A stretch of DNA of 64,000 nucleotides. Source: Lama glama. Its lineage: Eukaryota. Below, piece by piece: positions 42,601 through 53,960 of the stretch. The notes beneath the pieces are model-generated. The model had not been told where the DNA came from. It was given only the letters and a program-made list of their open reading frames with translations, and did not search any database. Position 1 is the stretch's first letter; each line of letters starts with the position of its first letter. The stretch lies in NCBI GenBank assembly GCA_028534125.1, contig CM052816.1, forward strand, positions 84,322,001-84,386,000, given 5' to 3'. A program made the position numbers and the translations under genes.

Positions 42601-42955
42601 TTAATGAAAACAAAAAATTTAATTCACTGAAAATGTAGTTTTAATGGCTTGTGATTGGTTATGTGTCCAATTTGTTTTCATTTACATTTTCATTTGATTT
42701 GTGAAATAACTATTCATGTATTGAAATCACATATATATAATCCCATACATAAAATTTCCCTAAAACCTTATAATACTAACATGACTATTTCATATGGTAA
42801 AAATTACATATAAAACCTAAATGTGTTATTTTTCAATATTTCACTTAAAGCCTTAAACTTTTACCAAAAAGGACTAATTTTTCCCTACTGAAGATTACAT
42901 TATCCAATTTTTATGTAACAAATACAAAATATCATATATTTTTCTACATAAACAA

Positions 42956-43203
42956 TTTTTTTTAAAACATTTTTATTGAACTATGGTCATTTTACAATGT
43001 AGTGTCAAATCCCAGTGTAGAGCACAATTTTTCAGTGATACATGAACATATACATATTCATTGTCACATTTTTTTTTTTTGCTGTGAGCTACCACAAGAT
43101 CTTGTATATATTTCCCTGTGCTATGCAGTATAATCTTGTTTATCTATTCTGCATATGCCTGTTAGTATCTACAAATTTTGAAATCCCAGGGACAGACTGG
43201 GAT
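42956..43203 (-). mobile_element. Young, heavily 5'-truncated L1 3' end (camelid-type) with short poly(A), 15-nt 5' inversion and candidate TSD
   Basis: T8 tract and tttatt (antisense AATAAA), then the L1 3' UTR (gctgtgagctaccacaagatcttgtatatatttccctgtgcta); flanks ataaacaattt (42948) and ataagcaattt (43202). Confidence 0.85.
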
Positions 43204-43234
43204 AAGCAATTTATACCATTTGGTACATGAACTA

Positions 43235-43340
43235 TGTTCCTATGATTTGAATGGACATCTGTTTTATACACTATTGAATCCCAAACACTTAGCATAATGT
43301 CTGGCATAGATACACTTTTAATACATTTATTTTTGAATAC
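43235..43340 (+). mobile_element. L2 3' end relic
   Basis: atcccaaacacttagcataatgtctggcataga...aatacatttatttttgaat resembles the L2 terminus. Confidence 0.6.
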
Positions 43341-43931
43341 TAATATTGTATTCTAATATTTAGAAACCTCTCAAAATAGAAAATAGTGAAACACATCTTA
43401 AACCATGCCTAGAAATATAATATACTATGAGAAGTTGTTGCCTGTGTAACTTAATGGATTGAGAAATAAATGTCTACAAAGAAAGTAACTTCCTTTTAAT
43501 CACATAAAATATTGAAGATAAAATAATAATAGAAGTTATCATCATTATGGCTGTAAGTTTGGAGCCCATATTTTGTGCCAGATGTGTGCTAGAAGCTTAC
43601 TCGGAATTACACATGAAATTATGTGCAGCCAGACGCTAATTGCAAGAAGAAGGTGGGGACAGATTAGGTTATAATAAAAATGGAGAAAGTGATACTTTAA
43701 ATTTGGCAGCTGATTAACTGTATTAAGCTGATTTAAAAAAAAAAGTAAACTCAACAGCTGGGAGACTGGTGACATTTTTCATCTTTGTCCAAGTATGTGT
43801 TGCTCCAGAAGAGAATAGAGAGAGGGGGAAAGCCTTAGGCTAGTTATTACTGCATCCACCTGTGCTTGGAAGGGCATAAAGAGTAGACTATCAGATTTCA
43901 GTTGACAATTAAATTGGTTTTTCATTGCATT

Positions 43932-44431
43932 NNNNNNNNNNNNNNNNNNNNNNNNNNNNNNNNNNNNNNNNNNNNNNNNNNNNNNNNNNNNNNNNNNNNN
44001 NNNNNNNNNNNNNNNNNNNNNNNNNNNNNNNNNNNNNNNNNNNNNNNNNNNNNNNNNNNNNNNNNNNNNNNNNNNNNNNNNNNNNNNNNNNNNNNNNNNN
44101 NNNNNNNNNNNNNNNNNNNNNNNNNNNNNNNNNNNNNNNNNNNNNNNNNNNNNNNNNNNNNNNNNNNNNNNNNNNNNNNNNNNNNNNNNNNNNNNNNNNN
44201 NNNNNNNNNNNNNNNNNNNNNNNNNNNNNNNNNNNNNNNNNNNNNNNNNNNNNNNNNNNNNNNNNNNNNNNNNNNNNNNNNNNNNNNNNNNNNNNNNNNN
44301 NNNNNNNNNNNNNNNNNNNNNNNNNNNNNNNNNNNNNNNNNNNNNNNNNNNNNNNNNNNNNNNNNNNNNNNNNNNNNNNNNNNNNNNNNNNNNNNNNNNN
44401 NNNNNNNNNNNNNNNNNNNNNNNNNNNNNNN
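43932..44431. other. Assembly gap (500 N)
   Basis: Run of exactly 500 n; the round number suggests a placeholder of unknown true size. Confidence 0.99.
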
Positions 44432-44590
44432 GGGGTGACAGCATTGTAATCTAACATGATTGGTGTGGTTGTCACACACAATCACACATTTGTTGAAGTC
44501 AATCTAATGATACACTTAGAATGTGCTATATTTCCTGTAAAATGTGCCTTAATACAATTTTAAAAATAAAGAAATAATAAAAACACAACA
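44432..44590 (+). mobile_element. Old L1 3' terminus with A-rich tail
   Basis: ggggtga..., gtggttgtcacac, catttgttgaa, tacacttagaatg and an A-rich end resemble L1MB/L1ME 3' ends. Confidence 0.6.
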
Positions 44591-44899
44591 AGACGAGAAA
44601 AACAAGTAATTGTTTTCATGGAAGAATATATGATTAAATAAATGCCAAGAAAAAGTTGAAAATGGAAAGAATGGATTATTTAAGAGAACTTATATGGAGA
44701 ACTAGAAACATTATTTATTTGTTTCCTTATTAATTGGTTTTATACTTCAAATTGACGTATGGAAATTTTTTTCCTAGATAATAATTAGGGCAGTGTATTT
44801 CCCTTCTGTTTTCTGTTGAAGGATGCTGGAACCTGGAATAATTCACTCAGAAACAGGTACCAGCTATTGAAAATATATTTTAAACAGTGGAGGGAGATC

Positions 44900-45228
44900 C
44901 TGTAGTGCATGCTGTGCAGCTTTCTCCTCCTTGACACCCTCTCTTTGCTCTCCTGGGACTTTCATCTCAAGCTCCTCAACACCATGGGTTCTCTCGAGCT
45001 CTGTTCGGGTTTCCCCTCCCTACCCAAGGCTTGGAATTCTTTCAAGGCAGTAAACTTGGGCAGATGTGGGGCTTACTTTATTTGCTCCTTGTCTCTTATC
45101 AATTATTGTTCTTAACTGCCTGATGGTCAGTGTCTTGAAAAACATAACCTCAGATATTTTGCCCATTTAGTGGTTGTTTAAGTTGGTAGGTGAAACTGGT
45201 CCCTGTCAGCCCATTTGGTCCAGAGATG
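44900..45228 (-). mobile_element. Old L1M 5' UTR fragment
   Basis: ggcagtaaacttgggca, ctgcctgatggtcagtgtcttgaaaa, ctggtccctgtcagcccatttggtccaga resemble the antisense 5' end of ancient L1M elements. Confidence 0.55.
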
Positions 45229-45539
45229 TCAAGGTGTACTTTTAGGTCTGTTTTCAGCTATCCTTCAGATTGTTTAGGAACAGGTACATTAAAGATTATA
45301 CAAACTCAAAATCTCTAGATTATCAATTAAAAAAAATAAACAAAAAAACCCACACCCAGTTTATTAATTAGGGTTATAAGGTACAACCTACTAGAATGGT
45401 TAAAATTAAAAGGAATAGCAAAATACCATAAAACTTCGATATCTCATTGTCTTTAAAGAGTGATGTTTTATTCTTACTCATTTAAAATCAGGTCTAAGTT
45501 AAGTGATTCTCAGTTTATCTTGAGTTATGCAAAACAGCA

Positions 45540-45702
45540 CCTTGCTACTCAAAGGGGGTTCTAGGAACCAGCAGCAACAGCATCATTTGAAAGCTTGCTA
45601 GAAATGGACACTCTCACACTCCATCACAAGTATGCTCTATTAGAATCTGGCTTGTAACCAGAACCCTAGATGGCAGTATGAACATTAAGTTTGAGAAGTA
45701 CT
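45540..45702. mobile_element. MER5A1/MER5-like DNA transposon
   Basis: tgctactcaaag...accagcagcaacagcatc...gcttgctagaaatg...acattaagtttgagaagtact. Confidence 0.75.
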
Positions 45703-46379
45703 ATTTCTTATTAAGATAACATGGCTGCCAAAGAAGCCATATCAGGGTAAGAATGAACCAAAGAACCTCACAAAAATACTTTTAATGATCTATTCTAGAA
45801 GTGTCTTCCATCATTCTGACCGTTATGCAATTGGCTGTAATACAATCATAAGGCTCCACCTATATGTGAGGGAAGATGGGGATTTAAAGGGACAAACAGA
45901 TCTTTGGTAGTTTGATTGGAGACATCACATTTATCTCCCTTGCCTATTCTTTGAATGTGAAAGAAGATTGAAATTTATCTCATTCTGGAATATGTGAGTT
46001 TTTTTAAAAATATTGAATTATTACAGCTTAAATTTACAGACAAACACAGAACATTTGACTGCCTTGCCCTCTTATAATATTGATCATGCATAGTTCAATC
46101 AAGAGCTTTAACCTTCTATAAAAAATATAGTTTCCTAGTCATACTAATCATTTTCCAGGCCCAGGGTATATTAAAAGGAGCCATTTGGAAAACAGAGTAT
46201 ACAGCTCAACAGAAGAACAATGACAAATCATCACAATTTGCAACTGATGACTGAAAGAGAAAGGTAAGTTACGATAAAGAAAATAAATACAACAAAAATA
46301 ATAAAACCCATAAAGATTAGTGTCATTTTGTATAAGGGCAAATAAATACAGAAATAAAAATAAGTGTTTGAAATATTTG

Positions 46380-46428
46380 GCTCCTATATGAAAAACTATG
46401 CTCCTAAATGAAAAACTATGCTCCTAAA
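46380..46428. repeat. Tandem repeat, 20-bp unit (gctcctaaatgaaaaactat) x ~2.5
   Basis: Read directly; one mismatch between copies. Confidence 0.9.
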
Positions 46429-48614
46429 CAAAAAGGATTTGATGTTCAAGATGAAAATTACAAAATTAAAAGAGTGAAATGTTTATTAAACTAGAATTTT
46501 CTTTTTGAAAGATTATTAATATCTGTACTTTGTTTTATAAAAATACTCTCAAAAATCATTGGTATAAATGTTAAAACTAGTTTTCAAAAACATTTTCTAT
46601 TAAAGTTAGAGTTGACTATATTTTGGGAAAAATCAATTTTTCAAAAATACTCACTTACAGTTCAAATTGCAAAATGACTATTATTATGACTTTGTTTTCC
46701 TCCAATAAGGTAAAAAAAGGAAATTTTCATGTCTCTAGTTCAATGTATTGAAAAACTATCACGTCTGAACTACTCAGTATAGTTATAATCACTGAAGCTA
46801 ATCTCTAATTTTATACAAAAATTGTATTGGTGTACAGTATGTTTTACTGACCATTTGCTCAAAGAACAGACAAAATAGTATTAATCATGGATAGTTTATA
46901 AGGTGCTACCTCTATATTTTTTATATAAGAATAACTTTAATTATTAATTGAAAAGGGTATGATTTTATAAAATTCTTCCTTGAAGATAATTTATTTTACA
47001 TTACCTTTAGTTTTATCAAGGAAGGATTATGAACTAAAGCAAAAAGAAACAGGAAAATAATATTTATTAGTTAACATTCACTTTATAAATTATGATAAAC
47101 ATTTACACTAGAAAATAAGCAAATTAAAAAATTGTGATCAATCATTATAAATAATTTTCAGATATGAATTTGTTTTCAGATGCCTATATTTAAGTCTCTT
47201 GAGTACATAACATTTTATGTAATATTCACTAAAAAGCCTTATACTTACAATTATCTAAATTTCCTATGAGATTTTATTATTAACAAAATCATCACTATAA
47301 TCTTTATTTTAAAAACAATAGGGTTAATAAAGATTTCTCAGCTATCATATATAATTTTCTTATACATAAATTTTATTTTACTTAGCTCATTTACCATGAG
47401 TTATGAAAGTGATGTTTTTATTACTTATAATTACTTATGAAAAGAAAGTCTCTCCAAGTTTCATTATTTGTACATGTGGCAGGTAAAAGAATATCTTTAT
47501 AGAAGAATAGGGAAAATGACTAAAAAACCACTAGCATATAACACTGCAAGTCTGCATGGTAATGAGCCAATTTTTGTGGAAATGAACTCATTAATGCTAA
47601 ATTTTTGCTGACTTCCAACTGATCAGAAAACTGCCTTACAAAATTCAAAAGGCACTTCATGAATTGTAGAAGAGATGAGGAGAAAAGGAATGAACCAACC
47701 ATAACCAAGCATAGTTCACTCATTTTGCTTCCAACAAACTCCCCTATAATCTATAGTTGTGATCTGGGTGGGGGAAATGAATAAAATTGATGAAAGCAAC
47801 AGAAGGGTTCCATCAGAATGGCACAGAAAGCTTCTTACTGAGCAGTGCAAAGTAATTTAGACATGAGATGCAGCTGGGATTTGATTGTTTATTAAATTTT
47901 ATTTTACCTTTTCTTGCACTTGAAATTGTTCTACAGATTATTTATAAAAATGTCAACTTGCCATAAGTGTGCTTTCACCGTGAAGGGGGCAAATTGAGAA
48001 AGAAAACAGGTTGTGAAATAGATTAATATACAAGAGACATAAGGCTAAGAGAAAAAATGTTTCTCATATTTGATTGGAGTATTTATCTAAAATATCCTTT
48101 AAAAATACTTGATAAAACAAATAATTGTTTATAAACACTGATAGTTTTATAAGGAGAAAAATAACTAATTTAAATAAAAGTTCTTATTCAAGGGGCTTAT
48201 TTCTATGGTGATGATTATTTTTATTTAAATAGCCCTACATCTATGTGGTTCATTTTACAGCACATGTAAACTCAACACATGTTGAGATGCAGATCTTAAA
48301 CATGAGGTTTTCAACATTGTAATAATCAAAACTATCAAAATGATTCTCCTCTTTCAACTTATCTTAGAAGTGTAATGGCAAATAATTCATCAACTACAAC
48401 TATTCACAATGAATTTCCTGAAAGAAGCAGATTCAGACAGACCAATCTGTATCCCTTTATTTATGTCTAAGTTATTAACTGATTGAAAATTGAGAGAAGC
48501 AAACTGCTTTCCAAATTGAAGATATTCTGAGTTAAAGGGCTGTTACTGTTTTTATTTATTGTTTATATTCAACCCACCTCTAAAATTACATACTACAGTT
48601 TAAAAATGGATGGC

Positions 48615-48930
48615 AAAGGAGATATACACATGGCCAACAGGCACATGAAAAGATGCTCAACATCTCTAATTATTAGAGAAATGCAAATCAAAACAACAAT
48701 GAGGTACCACTTCACACCAGTCAGAATGGCCATCATCAAAAAGTCTACAAGTAATAAATGCTGGAGTGGGTGTGGAGGAAAGGGAACCCTCCTACACTGT
48801 CAGTGGGAATGTAAATTGATGCAGCCACTATGGAGAATAGTTTGGAGGTTCCTTTAAAAACTAAAAGTAGACTTATCATATGATCCAGCAATCCCACTCC
48901 TGAGCATATATACAGAAAAGACAAAAACTC
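48615..48930 (+). mobile_element. Internal L1 ORF2 C-terminal fragment, relatively young, no 3' UTR or poly(A)
   Basis: ORF 48606..48857 gives [38 protein letters not shown]...[20 protein letters not shown], the L1 ORF2p cysteine-rich region. Confidence 0.95.
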
Positions 48931-51100
48931 TTCTTATAATTTCTTATGTTGGAAGGTTAGGTACTAATTTGATGCTTTCTTTTTTAATATAGGCTTGTAT
49001 AGTTATTAATTTACCTCTAAGCACTTCTCAGCTATATTCTATAAGTTTACATACGTTGTGATTTTTGTTTCCATTCATCTCAAACTATTTCTAATTTCCC
49101 TTGTGAGTTGTTCTATGATCCATTGATTATTTGGTAGTATCTTGTTTAATTTTCATATATTTATGAATTACAAATTTCCTTCTGTTTTTGATTTCTAATT
49201 TTAGTCCATCTGGTAAGAGAACAAATTCTGTATGATTTTTATCCTTTTAAACCGACTGAGGCTTTCTTGTGGTCTAATATATGCTCTTTAATGGAGAATG
49301 TTCTATATGCATTTCAGAAGAATGTGTATTAGGCCATCATTGGGTGGAGTGTTCTATAGATGGTTGTTAGTTCTACTTAGTTCATAATGGTTTTCCTGTC
49401 TTCTCTTTCCATACTGATCTCTTGCCTAGTTGTTTTATCCATTATTAAAAGTGGGTCACTGAATTCTCCAACTATTAATTTTAAATTGCCTATTTATTTT
49501 TTTAATTCTCTCAATTGTACTTCATAAAATATGGGGAGTCTGGTGCTTTAGTTATTTTTGTCTACAACTGTTACATCTTGATGACTTGACCTTTTTTCAT
49601 TATAAAATGCCCTTTGTCTCTGAAAACAATTTTTGTCTCAGAATCTATGTTATCCAATATTTGTATAGCCAGTTCTGCTCTCCTTTGTTTACTGAACACA
49701 TTTGTGACACTGAATCTAGTGTTACTTGTAGACAGCATTTAGTTGAATCATGTTTTTATCCATCAATCTGTCTTTTGATTGAAGAGTTTTCCCTGACCCT
49801 TGATGTAATTACTGATAAGCTGATAATGTAACATTCAGTCTGATATATTACTATTTTTTATGTTGTTTGCCTTTTTATTCCTCTGTCCCTCCTTTACTGC
49901 CTAGCTTTGTGTTAAATAAGTGTTTTCTACACTGCTATTTTTAGTCCCTTAGTTTTACTTTAACTGTATTCTTTGAATTATTTTATTAGTGGTTGCTATG
50001 AGGAGTACAATTAATGCCTTAACTTACAGTGATCTACTTCCAATTAATAGCAACTTCATTTCAATGCTATCTCTCTTCCCCCTTTGTGTTAATATTGATA
50101 TACAATTGTATACTTATACATTATAAGTCCATCAACACAATTTTTTTTAATTTATGGAATTGCTTTTTTAAATTAAATGGGAAAATAAAAGTCTTCCCCC
50201 TACAAAATGCCAAAAACACGTGTACTGTCTTATATTTACTTATGCAGTTATCTTTACTAGCATTCTTTATTTCTTCAAGTGTATTTGAGTTATTCCCTAG
50301 TGTTCCTTTCTTCAGTGTTTTTTCAAGGTCTACTTCAGCTGGGAGATTATAATTCTGCCTTAAGCTTCCCTGTCTGCTGGTGTGGAGCTTCAAGGCCAAA
50401 CAGAAGTGACAAATCAGTCTTTCACATCTTTACTGAGTATGCACACAGCCCTGCACATGCACATGGCTTTCTAAATTCCAAGGACTAGGCTGGAATTTTT
50501 GTGGCCCATTATGCACATCAATTGCCCAACTTTTCCTTTTAAGTTTTCTGGTTTTATTCTATATTTGCACCAGTGGTTATCACTGCCTCAGGAAACAGAA
50601 ATATTAAGCAATTGCTATTGATTGTTTGGACAACCCTCTACTCACAAAAAAACAAACCAAATTCATTTTCCTTGCAGTAAATATAAGCTCTGAATCAGGT
50701 AAAATAAACATAAAGCTGCAAGTTGGGGTTTCCATGAACCACCTACACGTAAGGCTTCTGGGGAGCTTCAAAACCATTCTGCCCCTTCCAGTGATTTCTA
50801 GGATGCTGGTTTCCCTGGCTACTGTTATTGCTACAAGGCTTTTGGTTTTCAAGGCTATTACAGAGCTCTGAGAGTGGTAGAGTGGTGTTGGAATAGATAA
50901 GTAAAATGCCATGACTTGCTGTTTTTACTTAGCAGATTCAGTTTTTGTTTTTTGTTTTTTGTTTTTTGTTTTTGTTTTTAATAAACTCTTGTAAGATTAC
51001 AACACTGAAAAAGTCGTGCTTTTTTTCTGGTGTTCTCATTGCCTTTATGGTGGAGCAGATTTTCAGAGGTCCATACTCTACTATTCCCATTGCAGTCACT
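48931..51100 (-). mobile_element. Old L1M element: ORF2 endonuclease region through 5' UTR, internally deleted
   Basis: ttaatttacctctaagcact, gagaatgttctatatgcatttcagaagaatgtgtatt, tctccaactatta, cttgtagacagcat; ends tttcagaggtccatactctactattcc, like old L1M 5' ends. Confidence 0.8.
50941..50978. repeat. G(T5-6) simple repeat
   Basis: gtttttgttttttgttttttgttttttgtttttgttttt read directly. Confidence 0.9.
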
Positions 51101-51544
51101 CAACATTTCTTTTTAAAGATTTTAAGGGAGAATTTAGGCCAAAGTATTTCTGAATTTTCCCAGCACATCAAAGGCCAGGAGACTAACTTCGCATGCAACG
51201 AAAATATCACTATGTCCTTTGGACTTTTTTTAATGAGAATAATTCTGCTGGCTAAGATAGCTGAACACACATCTAGGTTGTTTTTCCTTCCGTTTCAGAT
51301 AACGTACAATGATCATCAAATTAGCTGTGAGCAGAATTAATTAAAAAAAAAACATTAGTCCTAGTTTAATTACAAATTGTCTGTAAACCTATGATAGAGA
51401 AATTGCAAAAGTTGCATGAGATAAAATGTGAACAAAATAATGAGAGCAAATGTTGGGATAAGCGTTTATGGAAGCATGAATTTCATGTAATGGCAAAGAC
51501 ACAGCAAGGAAATAGGATAGTATAGAGGCTAAAACTAAGATATT

Positions 51545-51745
51545 TGGATTGAGACTCTTTGGAGTAGAGTTCTGATACCATCAGTTACTGATCTGGAAAA
51601 CTGACTCAGTATCATTATTGACAAAATGAGTAAGATAATATTTTTGGACAGAGTTGCATCAAAAATTATATGTCATAATCTATGTAAAGCATTTAGCACC
51701 AAGTTAGATACAAAACATAAATTCGGCAAATATTTACAATTACTG
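51545..51745 (+). mobile_element. MIR SINE relic
   Basis: caaaatgagtaagataata ... ataatctatgtaaagcatttagcac match the MIR core and 3' part. Confidence 0.6.
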
Positions 51746-53149
51746 GTATTGTTGTGAAGTTTTATACCTGTTGTCTGATGATTACAAAATGAACAGCTCT
51801 GCAACAAGTTGTCTTACTTAAAGTAGCTATAAGTTAACAAGCCATCAAATATATGTCAAGCACTGTACTAGCTATTTTTATAACTGATATTTTGTTATCA
51901 AAATTACCCTTATATCAATCTATTTTCTTTTTTTGCTTTAAGGAAAGAAATGATGTGCAAGAAACTATCACAAAATTAGAGGACAAGCAAATTGTGAGTC
52001 TAAAACAGGTGTATTTGGTCCATGTTTTGACTCTGTACCATATTGTTAACTCCTGCTCAGTCACACACTGTGTAAACAAATTCTTCCTTTTTTGTAATTC
52101 CTTCCTAATTGCAAAATCCATGACAAGTAATTTTCATAAATATTGCTAAATATATAATTATGATTGGAGGCATTTTCCTCAGACAATTCTTTCCATATGC
52201 CTAGGTCCAAGAGTTGTTTTCCTTTTACTACCTAGATAAATCTAGGTAATATAATTTTCAAATCATATAATCTTGCAATTATTTAAGACTCCCTGCAATG
52301 TCTCTTAAAATACATGAGGTGACCTTTATGTACACTTAATCCCCAAATTCTTTGAGGAGTATTATCTGCCCTGAAAGAGTGTGGAAGGTTTAAATTAAGT
52401 ATGACATATCTGTAGAATCAGAAGCCAATGAGAATCAAGCAGACCGCTGCCCTTGGTAAGACAGAAGTCAGCAACCTTCCAAAAGGAGAGGCAAGGAAGG
52501 ATAGATGAGAGAGAAGGTCAAAAGGTACACATGCACACAAAACCACATACACACACACACAACATGGTGACCTGACACAAGATGAAGCATATCCTATTGA
52601 GGGGATGGAGGGAGTGGTAAAAAATACTTATTTCAGTCTCTACTGTCCTTCCCCTACTTTCAGGTAAGTAAAGGATGGTATGATAAATAGGATATTTTTA
52701 AAATGTCACCCATGGCACAGAGGAATTCTGACTTCATGCATTGGGCCCTCTAATACAAATGTATTCAATTTTATCTACTGTCAGTAACTCAGGTGCCCTG
52801 CCACATTCTAATTCAATCAATATTATTGGGTTGGTTCACTGATTCTCAATTTGAAAGAACAAAGCCATGTCATTGGTGATGGAGAGGAAGTTGAAAAATG
52901 TTCAAAAAAATAACTAAAAAACCCTAGATTTATTTTGGTAAATAATTGTACCTATATTTTTATCAATACTCTTTAAATAGCTTGTTGTATTGCTATTTTA
53001 CAGCAGTAGTGAATGTACCCAGTAGTGTTTATTGGAAATATATTTTCATTATATTTCAAACGTATTATTTCGCTCTCAGTTTAATAAATTTTTTCAAGAT
53101 GCAACAGTTTATTTAAAAAGTTAATAAAGCTCAAATATACCATTTTGAC

Positions 53150-53960
53150 TGTAATTTGAAAAGCCATTTTTAAATGTTTCCATAAAACAAAAGAGAAATC
53201 ACAGACTTCCAATTTGGACATTATATATAAAGGTATCCTTCTTTTGACATCATTCAATTAATTAAAGAACTGAGAGAATACTCAGCTAAAAATAAATGAA
53301 ATATGGAACAAGGTCTTTAAAGATGAGCAACAACATTATCAGAAATTATTCTGGTATTGAGGATTGAATTATAGCATAATTCATTAAGAGGAAGAAATAA
53401 CTTCTCAATACAGGTAATGAATTAATTCTTAGATGGTTTGACCATTCAGTTAATGAAAAAGAGCAATCATATGGCATATTTTGAAAACATTTAATTTTCT
53501 TGCTGACTGGAATAAATACTGTGATTGACAAAGAAAACATGAAACCTACAATATGCTGCCATCACGAATATATCAATAACAAAGACCTTAATGGGAGCCA
53601 TCACCTTAAAGAGAATTTAAAATAAATCTTTGAAAAAAAAAAGAACAAAAAACAACCTGAAACGCCTTGAAATCTTACAGTTTAGATGTGAAAGATTCTT
53701 GATAGAAGTTTTCCCAAATGGGTAGCAATCCTAAAATTTTACTTGACTTGGCAAATAATATGTTGTGACATTATCAAAACAATGTTTCTTTTTTCCTTAT
53801 CACCACGCTGGAGGAAAGATTGATTTATCTTTATATTCTCTCTACCAAAAAAATTACATCATCAACTTATTGTCATAAGCAGAGCCTATTACAGATCATG
53901 CAGACAAAAATATTTTAGAGATAAGTCACATATTCTATCAGTTTAATATATTTTTGAGAA
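53150..53960 (+). mobile_element. hAT-Tip100 (Zaphod-like) transposase relic
   Basis: Frameshifted peptides IEVFPN (53702), ILKFYLT (53728) and TTLEERLIYLYILS (53802) match the hAT C-terminal dimerisation domain pattern FPN...LKI.LT...ST...ERL..L..LS; upstream extent is uncertain. Confidence 0.7.

Noticed and set aside
43779..44485. Five long ORFs (174-221 aa)
   Set aside because: Artefacts of translating through the 500-N gap.
46380..46428. 20-bp repeat considered as CRISPR-like
   Set aside because: Head-to-tail copies with no spacers, in mammalian DNA.
52229..52248. Palindrome tacctagat-aa-atctaggta; similar inverted repeats near 39773-39805 and 54350-54405
   Set aside because: Short AT-rich arms, compatible with chance.
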